A DNA stretch of 64,000 nt from an uncultured Acidobacteriota bacterium. Lineage in GTDB: Bacteria > Acidobacteriota > UBA6911. The DNA is taken from contig CAYYTC010000001.1 of assembly GCA_964474425.1 (NCBI GenBank), positions 26,481 to 90,480 of the forward strand, written 5' to 3'. Positions 41,117 through 50,300 of the stretch are shown one piece after another; positions within the stretch are counted from its first letter, which is position 1, and every line of letters begins with the position of its first letter. The position numbers and the translations under genes were made by a program. The notes under the pieces were generated by a model, which worked only from the letters and a program-made list of their open reading frames with translations, was not told the origin of the DNA and did not search any database.

Positions 41117-41761
41117 TCAGCGCTTTTGTTTTTCCAGAAGAGCGCGGGCGATAGACACCGCGGAGCCGGCGTTTTCCCCATACCCGTCGGCCCCGATTTC
41201 ATCCGCATAAGCCTGGGTGACGGGCGCTCCGCCCACCAGGATCCTTACCCGGTGGCGAAGGCCTGCGCGGCTGAGCGCCTCGATGGTCCTTTTCATTTCC
41301 GGCAGTGTGACCGTTAGAAGAGCCGAGAGCGCGAGTATGTTCGCGTTGCTGTTCCCGACCGCCTCGACGAACTTCTCGGCCGGTACATCGATCCCAAGAT
41401 CGGTGACTTGAAAGCCTGCGCCTTCCAGCATGGAGCCGACCATGTTTTTGCCGATATCGTGCAGGTCCCCTTTCACGGTCCCGAGGACTACCCGCCCGGT
41501 CGGCTGCTCTCCGCGCGCCGCGAGCAGAGGGCGCAAAGGCTCCATCGCTGTTTTCATTGCGCGGGCGGCCAGCAGGATTTCCGGGATGAAGTATTCCTGG
41601 GCTTCAAAGCGCCTGCCGACCTCATCCATGGCCGGGATCATCCACCGGCCGATCAGCTCGGTGGGATTGGCGGATTCCTGCAGAGCTTCCTGGACAAGCT
41701 GCAGCGCCAGTTTGTCCTCGCCGTTAAGGATCGCATCATAAAGCCGGGACCTATCGGGCAT
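41117..41761 (-). CDS. cobalamin-binding (corrinoid) protein, B12-binding domain
   Basis: DxHxxG motif GDLHDIGKN plus GG at the Rossmann end. 214 aa with an N-terminal B12-binding-2 cap. Confidence 0.8.
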   Translation of the reverse strand: MPDRSRLYDAILNGEDKLALQLVQEALQESANPTELIGRWMIPAMDEVGRRFEAQEYFIPEILLAARAMKTAMEPLRPLLAARGEQPTGRVVLGTVKGDLHDIGKNMVGSMLEGAGFQVTDLGIDVPAEKFVEAVGNSNANILALSALLTVTLPEMKRTIEALSRAGLRHRVRILVGGAPVTQAYADEIGADGYGENAGSAVSIARALLEKQKR

Positions 41762-41954
41762 AATTTGTCGACTCCTTTGCGCATCCGGGCTTTGGCCGGA
41801 CCGCGGAAGAGTCTAGCACGCCGGGGAAACCAGGGGCAAACAGACTTGCCTGCTTTTCTCACAGTCGCCCTGCAGCAAATGAAGTCCGAACATCATGGCG
41901 GTTTTATGCGCATCCGTGCTATATAGACATATCTTTTTCGCATGGGAGTGTCGG

Positions 41955-42794
41955 ATGAGCGGAATACCTGTTTTGCACGTTGAGGCGGACTGCATCGCGC
42001 GCGGCTGGGAGGACTCCCTGGTGGAACTGTATCGGCGCGGTTGCGACATCCGCACGCAATATGACAAGGACGGAGATCCGCCGAGCAAGGACTGCACCAT
42101 GATCCTGACCATCGCCGATCCGCTCCGGGAACCCATGATCCACAAAGACTTTCCGGGCGGGCCGGTGGAGCTCCAGGAATATGTCCTGGAGGTGTGCGAA
42201 GGCATCAAGGACCACCTGGTGCGCGATCCCGGCGACCCGGCGGATACGCGCTGGGAGTACACCTATCACCGCCGGCTTTTCGCCTACGACGTGCCGGGCT
42301 TACGGCCTTTCGACCAGATCAATTTAATGTGCCGGAAACTGGCTGAAATCCCGCACACGCGGCGCGCTCAGGCGATAACCTGGAAAGTCTGGGAGGACAA
42401 CGACTGCTTCGATCCCGCCTGTCTTCAAAGCCTGTGGGGCCGCATCATCGAGGAAAACGGCGAATGGTTCCTCAGCTTCAACACTCGTTTCCGCTCCAAC
42501 GATGCCTACAAGGCCGCTTTTATGAACATATTCGCCCTGGTGCAGCTGCAGAAGCTGATGGCCGGCCGTATTGCCGAGATGTCGGGCAAAGAGATAAAAG
42601 TCGGGCGATATTGCCACATTGCGGACAGCTATCACCTTTACGGGTCGTATTTCAAAGATTTCGAAGGCCGGTTCCTCGGCGCTCTCGCGAAGCGCACCTT
42701 CGAGCAGCGCACCCTGCGGTACGAAGCGCTGCGCGGCATGATGGAGGAATCGCGGCCCTCGATCCTGGATAAGGCCAGGCGCATGGGAAGGTAA
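41955..42794 (+). CDS. thymidylate synthase (ThyA)-fold protein
   Basis: [26 protein letters not shown] aligns with E. coli [38 protein letters not shown] aligns with APCHAFFQFYV (catalytic Cys). NIFALVQL...[16 protein letters not shown] aligns with NIASYALL...GDTHLY. Start taken at MSGIPVLHV. Confidence 0.7.
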   Translation: [279 protein letters not shown]

Positions 42795-42883
42795 GGATTA
42801 AGAGCATCGGCGGGAGGTCGATCTTCTTGACTGGCCTTTTCCCGCCGACTATAGTAGCGGTTTTTTCAAAAGGAGGATTTCAG

Positions 42884-44095
42884 ATGTCCGGGCCACTGAC
42901 AGGCGTTCGCGTAGTGGAAATAACCATGTTTCAGCAGGGGCCGGTCGCCGGAACAAAACTGGCGGACCTCGGCGCCGACGTCATCAAAGTCGAACCCAAG
43001 GAGGGAGATCCTGCCCGCGGCTTTATGCGCCTGATCGGAGCCACGGTGGGCCTGAGAGGCGAAAACTATTACTTTGAAAGCAACAACCGCAACAAGCGCA
43101 GCATCGCGCTGGACCTCAAGTCGCCCCAGGGGAAAGAAATCTTCCTGAAGCTGATAGACAAGGCCGATGTCTTCCTGACGAATATGAGCATCGACGCGCC
43201 GATCAAAATCGGCCTCGGTCCCGAAGACCTGATCAAGCGGAACCCGCGCCTCATCTACGGCCATTCCTCGGGATGGGGAAGGAAGGGTCCTGCGGCCGGC
43301 GATCTATCTTTTGACTACACCGGCATTGCCCGTTCCGGTCTGATGATGTGCGCCGGCGAAAAGGGGAGCCCTCCGGGGCAAATGCTGCCCGGCCTGGGCG
43401 ACCAGATCGGCGCCTTAATGCTTGCCTGGGCAATCACGGCGGCTCTGTACGCCCGCGAGAAGACCGGCAAAGGCCAGTTGATCGATACATCGCTGATGGG
43501 CAGCATTATCGCCCTGGAAGGCCTCATCCTCGATGCTCCTGCGATGCTGGGACAGGAATACCCCAGGGAATGCCGGAACGAGGCGGGCAATCCGATGTAT
43601 AACCATTATCCGTGCCGCGACGGCAAATGGATTGCGGTCGCGCACCTGCAGCCGGACCGGTATTGGCCGGCCTTCTGCAAGGCCATGGGCCTTGAGCATC
43701 TGGAACACGATCCCAGGTTCCACACCATGGAAGCGCGCGGCCAGAATTCAAAGGAGCTTATCCGCGTTCTGGACGAGAAGTTTGCCGCCAAAACGCGCGA
43801 TGAGTGGCTTGAGCAGCTGAAGAAAGGAGGCTGCATCTGCACTCCTGTCCAGTCTCTTGCGGAAGTCTGCCAGGATCCCCAGGCAATGGCCAACCAATAC
43901 ATCATAGAAGTCGATCATCCTGTCTGGGGACGGCGGGTTCGGGAAGTCGGCTTTCCGTGGGACTTCAGTGAGACCCCTGCATCCTGGAGAAAGCCGGCGC
44001 CTCAACTGGGCGAGCACACGGAAGAGATTTTGCTGGAACTGGGATACAACAGGGAAGAAATCGGCCGCCTGAAAAGCTCCGGCGCAACCGTGTAG
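42884..44095 (+). CDS. family III CoA-transferase (CaiB/BaiF/FldA/HadA type)
   Basis: The ATG at 42884 has an AAAGGAGG ribosome-binding site. MSGPLTGVRVVEITMFQQGPVAGTKLADLGADVIKVEP is the characteristic N-terminus. Active-site Asp region present. Confidence 0.85.
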   Translation: MSGPLTGVRVVEITMFQQGPVAGTKLADLGADVIKVEPKEGDPARGFMRLIGATVGLRGENYYFESNNRNKRSIALDLKSPQGKEIFLKLIDKADVFLTNMSIDAPIKIGLGPEDLIKRNPRLIYGHSSGWGRKGPAAGDLSFDYTGIARSGLMMCAGEKGSPPGQMLPGLGDQIGALMLAWAITAALYAREKTGKGQLIDTSLMGSIIALEGLILDAPAMLGQEYPRECRNEAGNPMYNHYPCRDGKWIAVAHLQPDRYWPAFCKAMGLEHLEHDPRFHTMEARGQNSKELIRVLDEKFAAKTRDEWLEQLKKGGCICTPVQSLAEVCQDPQAMANQYIIEVDHPVWGRRVREVGFPWDFSETPASWRKPAPQLGEHTEEILLELGYNREEIGRLKSSGATV

Positions 44096-44107
44096 GAGCT
44101 TATAAGC

Positions 44108-44170
44108 GAACCACGAAATACACTAAATACTCAAAATTTACATTCGTGTAATTGGTGTATTTCGTGGTTT
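44108..44170. terminator. long stem-loop (15-bp perfect inverted repeat) between convergent genes
   Basis: gAACCACGAAATACAC ... GTGTATTTCGTGGTT followed by tgttcgtcttt. Confidence 0.4.
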
Positions 44171-44190
44171 GTTCGTCTTTCCGCAATCGC

Positions 44191-45474
44191 CTATTTCACG
44201 GATGGGATGATAATGCCGCCTGAGGGGAGAATCGTTACATCGGCCCGGGGCATTTTCTTCTGAGCTTCGCGGATCGCATCGTCGAGCGAGGAGGCATATC
44301 CGAAATTCATCAGCTCCACCTGCTCCCGTGTTAATCCTTCCGTCACGTGGACCACGTCGTACTGCTCCGACATTTCCTTGAACGGAACACCGAGCATGAA
44401 GAACGAAATACCGTAAGGTTTGATGCTGTCCGGGATATCGCCGTTCAGAAGTCGGCGATGGTATTCGTTGGCGCTTTTGGCGGCCGCCATCTGCTCGATG
44501 AGGGCCATCAGCGGGCCCGCCTGCTTTTGCCCAGCCACCCAGATGATCGTGGAGTCTGTCCTGGCGGCGCTCTTGGCGTTGAGCAGCGATTTCGTCGCCT
44601 GGACGCCGACTTCAAGAGGCGATGCGGACGTGATCACGACATCCGCCGGTTTCGGCAGGGAAACCACGTAGAGGGAGGCGGCGTGATCGCAGGCTTGCCG
44701 GTGCTCCTCGACGGGGTCTCCCGCAAAGACCCTGATGACCTGGTTGGTTTCGTTCAGGAGGAAATCGATTTTGAAGGCCAGACAGCCCAGGCGGGCTATT
44801 TCCACGATTTCTTCGTAATAGGGATTCCCTTCCAGGACATTCAGTTTGCAGCTTTTGTTGCGAAGCCAGTTGTAGTGGTGATCCCCGATGGTGCGGTAAG
44901 AGGCAACTCCAGGCATGATGATCTTGCAGCCGCCCCCGAATCCGGCATTGGGATGGGGCATGCAAGCCCCGATGCCCAGAACCAGATCGGCTTCGGCCAC
45001 ATGCCTGTTGATCTCGACCACCGTTCCGCGGCGGGTTTTGCCTATCCACACGTTTTCCGGCGACTGGGATTCGTGGATGTGGATACGGCCCGCGAGCCGG
45101 CGCACGGCTTCCGTCCCGATTTTCTTTTCAACCTGCTCCGGCGTCGGCGCGGGATGAGTTCCCCGGGCGCAGATGGCCGTAATCCGTTCGTCCGGCACCC
45201 CGGCCTTGTTCAGGCGGTTCAGGACCGCCGGGAGAGCCAGATAGGCGGGAGTCGGCCTCTGCATGTCATCGAAAAGCACCACCGTTCTCATTCCCGGACG
45301 GGCGAGCTTTTCAAGGGGCGCAGTCCCGATAGGGTTGTCGAGAGCGCGCTCGACCTCTTTGACGGGGTCCTCAACCAAAGGCGCAGGCGCGCAATCCCGG
45401 GAGCTGATCACGTTCCATTCCGCCGGCAGGGAGAAATTCATTCTACCGCCGCCGTAGTTCAAATAGTAGTTCAT
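44191..45474 (-). CDS. LarA-family (lactate-racemase-like, DUF2088) Ni-pincer-nucleotide-dependent racemase/epimerase homologue
   Basis: The ATG at 45474 has an AGGAAGAGGA ribosome-binding site; the track ORF to 45903 is a read-through. MNYYLNYGGGRMNFSLPAEW...GTHPAPTPEQ...MPHPNAGFGGGCKIIMPG with His residues in LarA-like positions. Confidence 0.8.
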   Translation of the reverse strand: MNYYLNYGGGRMNFSLPAEWNVISSRDCAPAPLVEDPVKEVERALDNPIGTAPLEKLARPGMRTVVLFDDMQRPTPAYLALPAVLNRLNKAGVPDERITAICARGTHPAPTPEQVEKKIGTEAVRRLAGRIHIHESQSPENVWIGKTRRGTVVEINRHVAEADLVLGIGACMPHPNAGFGGGCKIIMPGVASYRTIGDHHYNWLRNKSCKLNVLEGNPYYEEIVEIARLGCLAFKIDFLLNETNQVIRVFAGDPVEEHRQACDHAASLYVVSLPKPADVVITSASPLEVGVQATKSLLNAKSAARTDSTIIWVAGQKQAGPLMALIEQMAAAKSANEYHRRLLNGDIPDSIKPYGISFFMLGVPFKEMSEQYDVVHVTEGLTREQVELMNFGYASSLDDAIREAQKKMPRADVTILPSGGIIIPSVK

Positions 45475-45571
45475 GGTTCCTCTTCCTGAAATTGATATCG
45501 TCTTACAACTATGCCACGAATCCGCGCAAATTTCACGGGAATCCGGCCGGAAATCCCGGTTGGCGGGACGT

Positions 45572-46333
45572 CTATCCCAGGATTGCCGCTCCGACTGCGG
45601 CAGAAACCTGAGGCTCCTCGGGAACCAGTATTTTTGCGCCCAGCTCTGTTTCCAGCGTCCGCACGAGGCCGATGTCTTTGGCGCCCCCGCCGGTGACGGC
45701 GCAGTCGGGAGCCAGACCGAGGCGGACGATGAGGTTGACGATTTTTGCCGCCATCGCTTTGTGCACTCCCGCCAGGATATCCGCCGGGCCGGCGCCTTCG
45801 GCAATCCGCGAAACCGCTTCAGACTCGGCAAAGACCGCACATCCTGTGGTGAATTCGACCGGATTTGCAGACTCCAGGGACAGGGCGCCGATATCCGCGA
45901 CATTCATATGGAGAATCCGCGCGATGACCTGGAGAAACTTGCCGCTTCCGCCCGCGCACTTCTCGTTCTGAACAAAATTCATCACCTTGCCGTCGTTCCC
46001 CAGCTTAATCGCCCGGCTGAACTGGCTGCCGATGTCCACCACGGTCCGGGCCGAAGGGAAGAAATGAAAAATCCCGGCAGCGTGACAGGAGATGTCGGCA
46101 ACGGTCCGGTCGGCAAAATCAACCGCCCCGGCTCCCCAGCCTGTCGCCACCGTCGTTGAAATTTCCGCGCGGGAGAGGTTTGCCTTTTCGAGTGCGGCAT
46201 CCGAGACTTTCCGGGCCGATTCCGCGTAGTTACCGCCCGAAGGCACTGTGGCATGCGACATTAGGCCGGCATCTCCCACGACGGCCGCCTTCGCGAAACT
46301 GGAGCCTACATCGATGCCCAGGTTGTATTTCAT
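45572..46333 (-). CDS. BadF/BadG/BcrA/BcrD-type ATPase (HgdC/BcrD-like activator/electron-transfer subunit)
   Basis: 253 aa. Actin-fold ATPase GIDVGSSFAKA; cluster-binding motif NEKCAGGSGKF. Confidence 0.85.
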   Translation of the reverse strand: MKYNLGIDVGSSFAKAAVVGDAGLMSHATVPSGGNYAESARKVSDAALEKANLSRAEISTTVATGWGAGAVDFADRTVADISCHAAGIFHFFPSARTVVDIGSQFSRAIKLGNDGKVMNFVQNEKCAGGSGKFLQVIARILHMNVADIGALSLESANPVEFTTGCAVFAESEAVSRIAEGAGPADILAGVHKAMAAKIVNLIVRLGLAPDCAVTGGGAKDIGLVRTLETELGAKILVPEEPQVSAAVGAAILG

Positions 46334-46451
46334 GCCGCGGTTCCTATCCCCTATCTATATCTATACCGGCGAAAAACATCAAACGCAAGCATATGGGACC
46401 GGGATTGGCGGCCATGATCCTGCGGGAGGTCGATCCCGAATGGGTCCCGGA

Positions 46452-47306
46452 TCATTGGAAAAAGCTTGCTTCGCCCAGCTGCCGGGGCTTTGTGGCGAGT
46501 TTGCCGCCGGTCTTTACGGCCTTTTCGTACATCTCCTGCCCTATGAGTGCCGCTCCGAGAGCGCCCGTGATGAGCGGCTCGCGGGGAACCTTAACAGGGC
46601 AGCCGAATTTTGCCTCCAGCGCTTTCACCAGCCCGATATTTTTCGCTCCGCCGCCCGTTATGGCTACATCGGGCCTGATTTTGAGCTTGCTGACGAGAGC
46701 GAATATGCGCGTCGCGATAGCCTGGTGAATGCCCGCCACAAGGTTGGGGATGGACTCGCCGTCCGCCAGCTGCGAGATAACCTCCTGTTCGGCGAAAACA
46801 GTGCACGTGTTGCCGATAACGGCCGGTTTCTCGGCGGCCAGGGACAGTTCCCCGAGTTTTTCCAGGGGAATGCCGAGAGCTTCCGCAATGATTTCCAAAA
46901 AGCGACCCGTGCCGGCGGCGCATTTGTCATTCATGACGAAATCGACAACCTTGCCGTTTTCCAGGCGAATCCCTTTGCTGTCCTGGCCCCCGATGTCCAC
47001 TACGGTGTGCGCCGAGGGGAGGAGGCTCGACAGGCCCTTTGCGTGACAGGTGATCTCCGTAACCTGCCGGTCGGCAAACGGCACATTTATTCTTCCGTAA
47101 CCGGTTGAAACAACATAGGTTACATCGTCGAAAGATATCCCCGCCCGGAGCAGGGCTTCCTCCATCACCCGGTTGGCCAGTTTCCTGTGCTCGGGCCCCG
47201 TAGGTCCAATGATTGAGGACTCCTCGCCGCCGCCCAGGATGACGACCTTGGTCATCGTCGATCCGATATCCACGCCGGCGAAGTAACTGTTGGCAACCTG
47301 CATCAT
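46452..47306 (-). CDS. BadF/BadG/BcrA/BcrD-type ATPase, second paralogue
   Basis: 284 aa. GVDIGSTMTKV; NDKCAAGTGRF. Clearly a different paralogue from 45572..46333. Confidence 0.85.
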   Translation of the reverse strand: MMQVANSYFAGVDIGSTMTKVVILGGGEESSIIGPTGPEHRKLANRVMEEALLRAGISFDDVTYVVSTGYGRINVPFADRQVTEITCHAKGLSSLLPSAHTVVDIGGQDSKGIRLENGKVVDFVMNDKCAAGTGRFLEIIAEALGIPLEKLGELSLAAEKPAVIGNTCTVFAEQEVISQLADGESIPNLVAGIHQAIATRIFALVSKLKIRPDVAITGGGAKNIGLVKALEAKFGCPVKVPREPLITGALGAALIGQEMYEKAVKTGGKLATKPRQLGEASFFQ

Positions 47307-47327
47307 AAATACATTGGTAAATCCCCG

Positions 47328-47387
47328 GCTCTGCCGGGGGACTCAAAGAGTTTGACAGCTCCGTATTTCGAAACGCTGATAAAAACG
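47328..47387. repeat. about 60-bp conserved intergenic element, copy B, immediately upstream of the ATPase/activator genes
   Basis: Identical 41-nt core to 41008-41048. It lies 22 nt upstream of the 46452..47306 start codon. Confidence 0.6.
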
Positions 47388-47550
47388 CTGACAACCGATT
47401 TGTTCGGCGAGGATCGGAAGCGCCCCATCGGCTTTTGCCCGCGTAGGTCAGCGTTCAAGACCGGCGTAACTCCTCCAACCGCTTTGAGGGGTTCAAATCT
47501 TTCAAGCCTCCGGCTTTGCCGGAAGTACCTGACCCGACACGGAGCTGCTA

Positions 47551-48876
47551 TTACTTCCCTTTCCTGGCCGCCAGGGTCTCGATGAACGCGTCGATCCTGT
47601 TATGCGTATCGGCCTCATTGTAGGAGCTGATGTCGACGATGTCCCCCTCCATGATAAGAGTGGGAACGTCGCCGTAGACCTTGTTCAGCACCTGGGCCTG
47701 CTGGACGATGCCCGCGTGCCAGCTGCGGCAGGAATATGCGGAGTGGAATACCACTCCGTCGCACCGGTAGTCTTCCATATATTCGATGATGCGCTCGACC
47801 TTCGGCAGCGAACCCGGCCGCTTGCGCGCCTTGTCGAACCAGCGGGTCCAGAGACGCACCCATCTCCATGCGAGGTGTTCGAGGGGATCGCTGGTTTTGG
47901 GCAGGTCGAGGCGTTCAATCTTCTCGGCGTTGCGATAGGTGACTTCAACCGGGAAAACGGCTCCCTTATCGTTGAAGTACTGGAAATCGCCCAGAGCAAA
48001 CCAGGAAGGCAGGCCGGCGCCCCAGACGAGCCGGTATTTCTCGTCCTCGGCCACGCCTTTTTTCTGAGCAATCTTTTCCTGGAGCTCGCTATAGAGTTCT
48101 TTATAAAAATCGAGGGCTTCCTGGGTGCCCAGATTGAAAGTCAGCGGCACCATCGTGTTCATGGCGTCGCCCGTATCCATAGGGGTCGGAATGGCTTTCC
48201 GCAGCTCATAGCTGTCGATAAACATGTCCCAGGTCCGGTCGGTCAAATCGACCAGCGCGGCGAGCCGGTCCCAGTCCATTTTTTTCCCCGTGTGCTTTTC
48301 ACAGAATCGCACCAGGCTCCGGAGTTCTTCGGTGGCGTACTTTACGTAAAGCTTCTCCTGCTCCTTGTGATCGATGGCCGGATCCCAGGGAGGATAGTAC
48401 ATGGTCCCCATCCAGACAGGGACGTCCTGGAGATAGTGCTGGGTTGCCTGGGGCCACTTTATCCTCGGGTCGCACAACTGCTGGGCGCTGCCGATAATCA
48501 TATCGGGCCTTCCCATCCCCCCCCACGGAGTATTCGGGGGAATCTCCCCTCCCAGTTCCTCGCGCCACATGTCGAAGCCGATGGTGCATGTCGCATAGGT
48601 GCACAGCGAGCGGGAGAAATTTTCAGCCTCCGCCTTCTGGAGAAATTTCTCCGCGTCTCTCTTGGCGGAACAAACGCCGGCGAAATTCTCGCCCCAGGCC
48701 GGGACGATATCCATGGCGCGGACGATTTCGTCCTGAGCGTTGTTGATATAGGTGTAGGCTACCTTCTTGCCTTCTTCCCTGGCTTTCAAAGTTGCGGCCA
48801 TGTTGGTCCTGCCGAATTTCCCTGCTTTCCCCGCCGCCTGTGTCGCCAGTGGTCTTGGTTTTCTGATTTCAGCCAT
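47551..48876 (-). CDS. BcrB/BzdO/HgdB-like subunit of a benzoyl-CoA reductase / 2-hydroxyacyl-CoA dehydratase family enzyme
   Basis: 441 aa. Conserved Cys/His pattern; C-terminus NRIDAFIETLAARKGK shared with the 50301 paralogue. Confidence 0.8.
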   Translation of the reverse strand: MAEIRKPRPLATQAAGKAGKFGRTNMAATLKAREEGKKVAYTYINNAQDEIVRAMDIVPAWGENFAGVCSAKRDAEKFLQKAEAENFSRSLCTYATCTIGFDMWREELGGEIPPNTPWGGMGRPDMIIGSAQQLCDPRIKWPQATQHYLQDVPVWMGTMYYPPWDPAIDHKEQEKLYVKYATEELRSLVRFCEKHTGKKMDWDRLAALVDLTDRTWDMFIDSYELRKAIPTPMDTGDAMNTMVPLTFNLGTQEALDFYKELYSELQEKIAQKKGVAEDEKYRLVWGAGLPSWFALGDFQYFNDKGAVFPVEVTYRNAEKIERLDLPKTSDPLEHLAWRWVRLWTRWFDKARKRPGSLPKVERIIEYMEDYRCDGVVFHSAYSCRSWHAGIVQQAQVLNKVYGDVPTLIMEGDIVDISSYNEADTHNRIDAFIETLAARKGK

Positions 48877-48888
48877 GTATCTCTCCCG

Positions 48889-50046
48889 TTACGCAATCAT
48901 TTCCAGGAATGCTTCTATCCGGGTTTTCACCCGGCCGAGGCTGGACGTGTTGTATTCATCCTCAATATAGAGGACCGGCGTCCCGGCGGTTTCAATGAAG
49001 CTTTTTATCGCGGGGACTTCAAAGCCGTATGGATCGCAATATTTGTAGATGAAAAGGATCGCCCCGTTCACCCGGAAGTCTTTGATGTACTGCCTCATGT
49101 GGCCGAAGCGCGCTTCGAGATTTTCCGAATAGGTGTTTCCCCCGGAGACGAACGTCGTGGGGAATTTCAATTTTTTGAGGTACCTCTCGGTGATGCCCCG
49201 GACCGGATCGTCTGTCGGATCCACGTCGCCCCAGTACATTTTGCTGCCTGTCGAAAGGTCGTCCATGACCATGCACGCACCGGCATCTTCTATGGCCCTG
49301 ACGATCGCCACGTCGTCGATCTGGTCCCCCACGAGCATGATCCGCGCCGTTGGACTGCCGTTTGCGCGAACCCGATTTTTTGCTTCTTGGGTAACGCTTT
49401 TTATCAGGGCGGTGGACTCGTCGACGGGGAGGCTCATGGAGGCTATGAGGACCTTCATCATTTCGGCGCCGGAGATGCGGGGCGCATCTTCTTTCCGAAG
49501 CTCGTAAAGCTCTCTCATGGCCCGCCGGTTTTCGTTATGAGCGCGGACGGCTTCCGTGAGTGCCTGATCGGTGATGCTTTTCCCCGTGAACTTTTCCAGA
49601 GTCCTCAGGAAAATTCTCAGGATCTCGTCCGTAAACTCGATCGATGGATCGTCCGTGACATGAGGGTAGTTGATAAAATGCCAGTACGGGAGTTCCAGTT
49701 TTTCACTCCACACATCAAAGGTTCTTTCGACGCTGTCGCATTGATGCGGCAATACCATGCCGTCCAGGTAAGCGTATCTCCCCTTGAGAGCCGCATCGAA
49801 GGCATTCCGGACAAAGGGGCATATCATCGTCTCCATATAGGCATCGGCCTTCGTCACCGGTTCCGATACGTAGCCCTTCAGCCGGACCGGCACGACGCCC
49901 GCCGCCGTGAGGATCTCCACGGGGCAGAGAGCGGACATATACCCGATGACTTTTCTGCCCGAGCTCCTCAGTTCCCGGGCTCTCGACCCATAGTCGGAAT
50001 AGTATTTTTCAACCGTTGCCAATCCGCCCGATTGCGCTTCTCCCAT
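48889..50046 (-). CDS. BcrC/BzdN/HgdA-like subunit of the same enzyme family
   Basis: The ATG at 50046 has a GGAGGTG ribosome-binding site; the track ORF to 50274 is a read-through. 385 aa, MGEAQSGGLATVEKYYSDYGSRAREL... Confidence 0.8.
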   Translation of the reverse strand: MGEAQSGGLATVEKYYSDYGSRARELRSSGRKVIGYMSALCPVEILTAAGVVPVRLKGYVSEPVTKADAYMETMICPFVRNAFDAALKGRYAYLDGMVLPHQCDSVERTFDVWSEKLELPYWHFINYPHVTDDPSIEFTDEILRIFLRTLEKFTGKSITDQALTEAVRAHNENRRAMRELYELRKEDAPRISGAEMMKVLIASMSLPVDESTALIKSVTQEAKNRVRANGSPTARIMLVGDQIDDVAIVRAIEDAGACMVMDDLSTGSKMYWGDVDPTDDPVRGITERYLKKLKFPTTFVSGGNTYSENLEARFGHMRQYIKDFRVNGAILFIYKYCDPYGFEVPAIKSFIETAGTPVLYIEDEYNTSSLGRVKTRIEAFLEMIA

Positions 50047-50300
50047 CTTTTCACCTCCCCGGCTGGCCGCCGATATGAAACTGCGCATGCCGAAAAAGAC
50101 TAAGTGTAACATTGGAAGCAGCAAGCCAAAAGCCAGAAGACAGCATGAAGAAATTTGACATTCGGGCTCGAGGCAAGCCATATTTGGGATTGAGGACAGG
50201 TGTGTCCGATGAACAGCAACCCCATAGATACAGGAGCGAGGGAGTGAAAACGGAACAAAGCAAGCCGCAGGCATTCAAGAAAATCCAAGCAACCAACAAG

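Noticed and set aside
47440-47520. tRNA-like T-arm string GGGGTTCAAATCT
   Set aside because: No acceptor stem, anticodon arm or CCA-compatible 3' end can be built around it. It lies within the 5' leader of the radical-enzyme operon.
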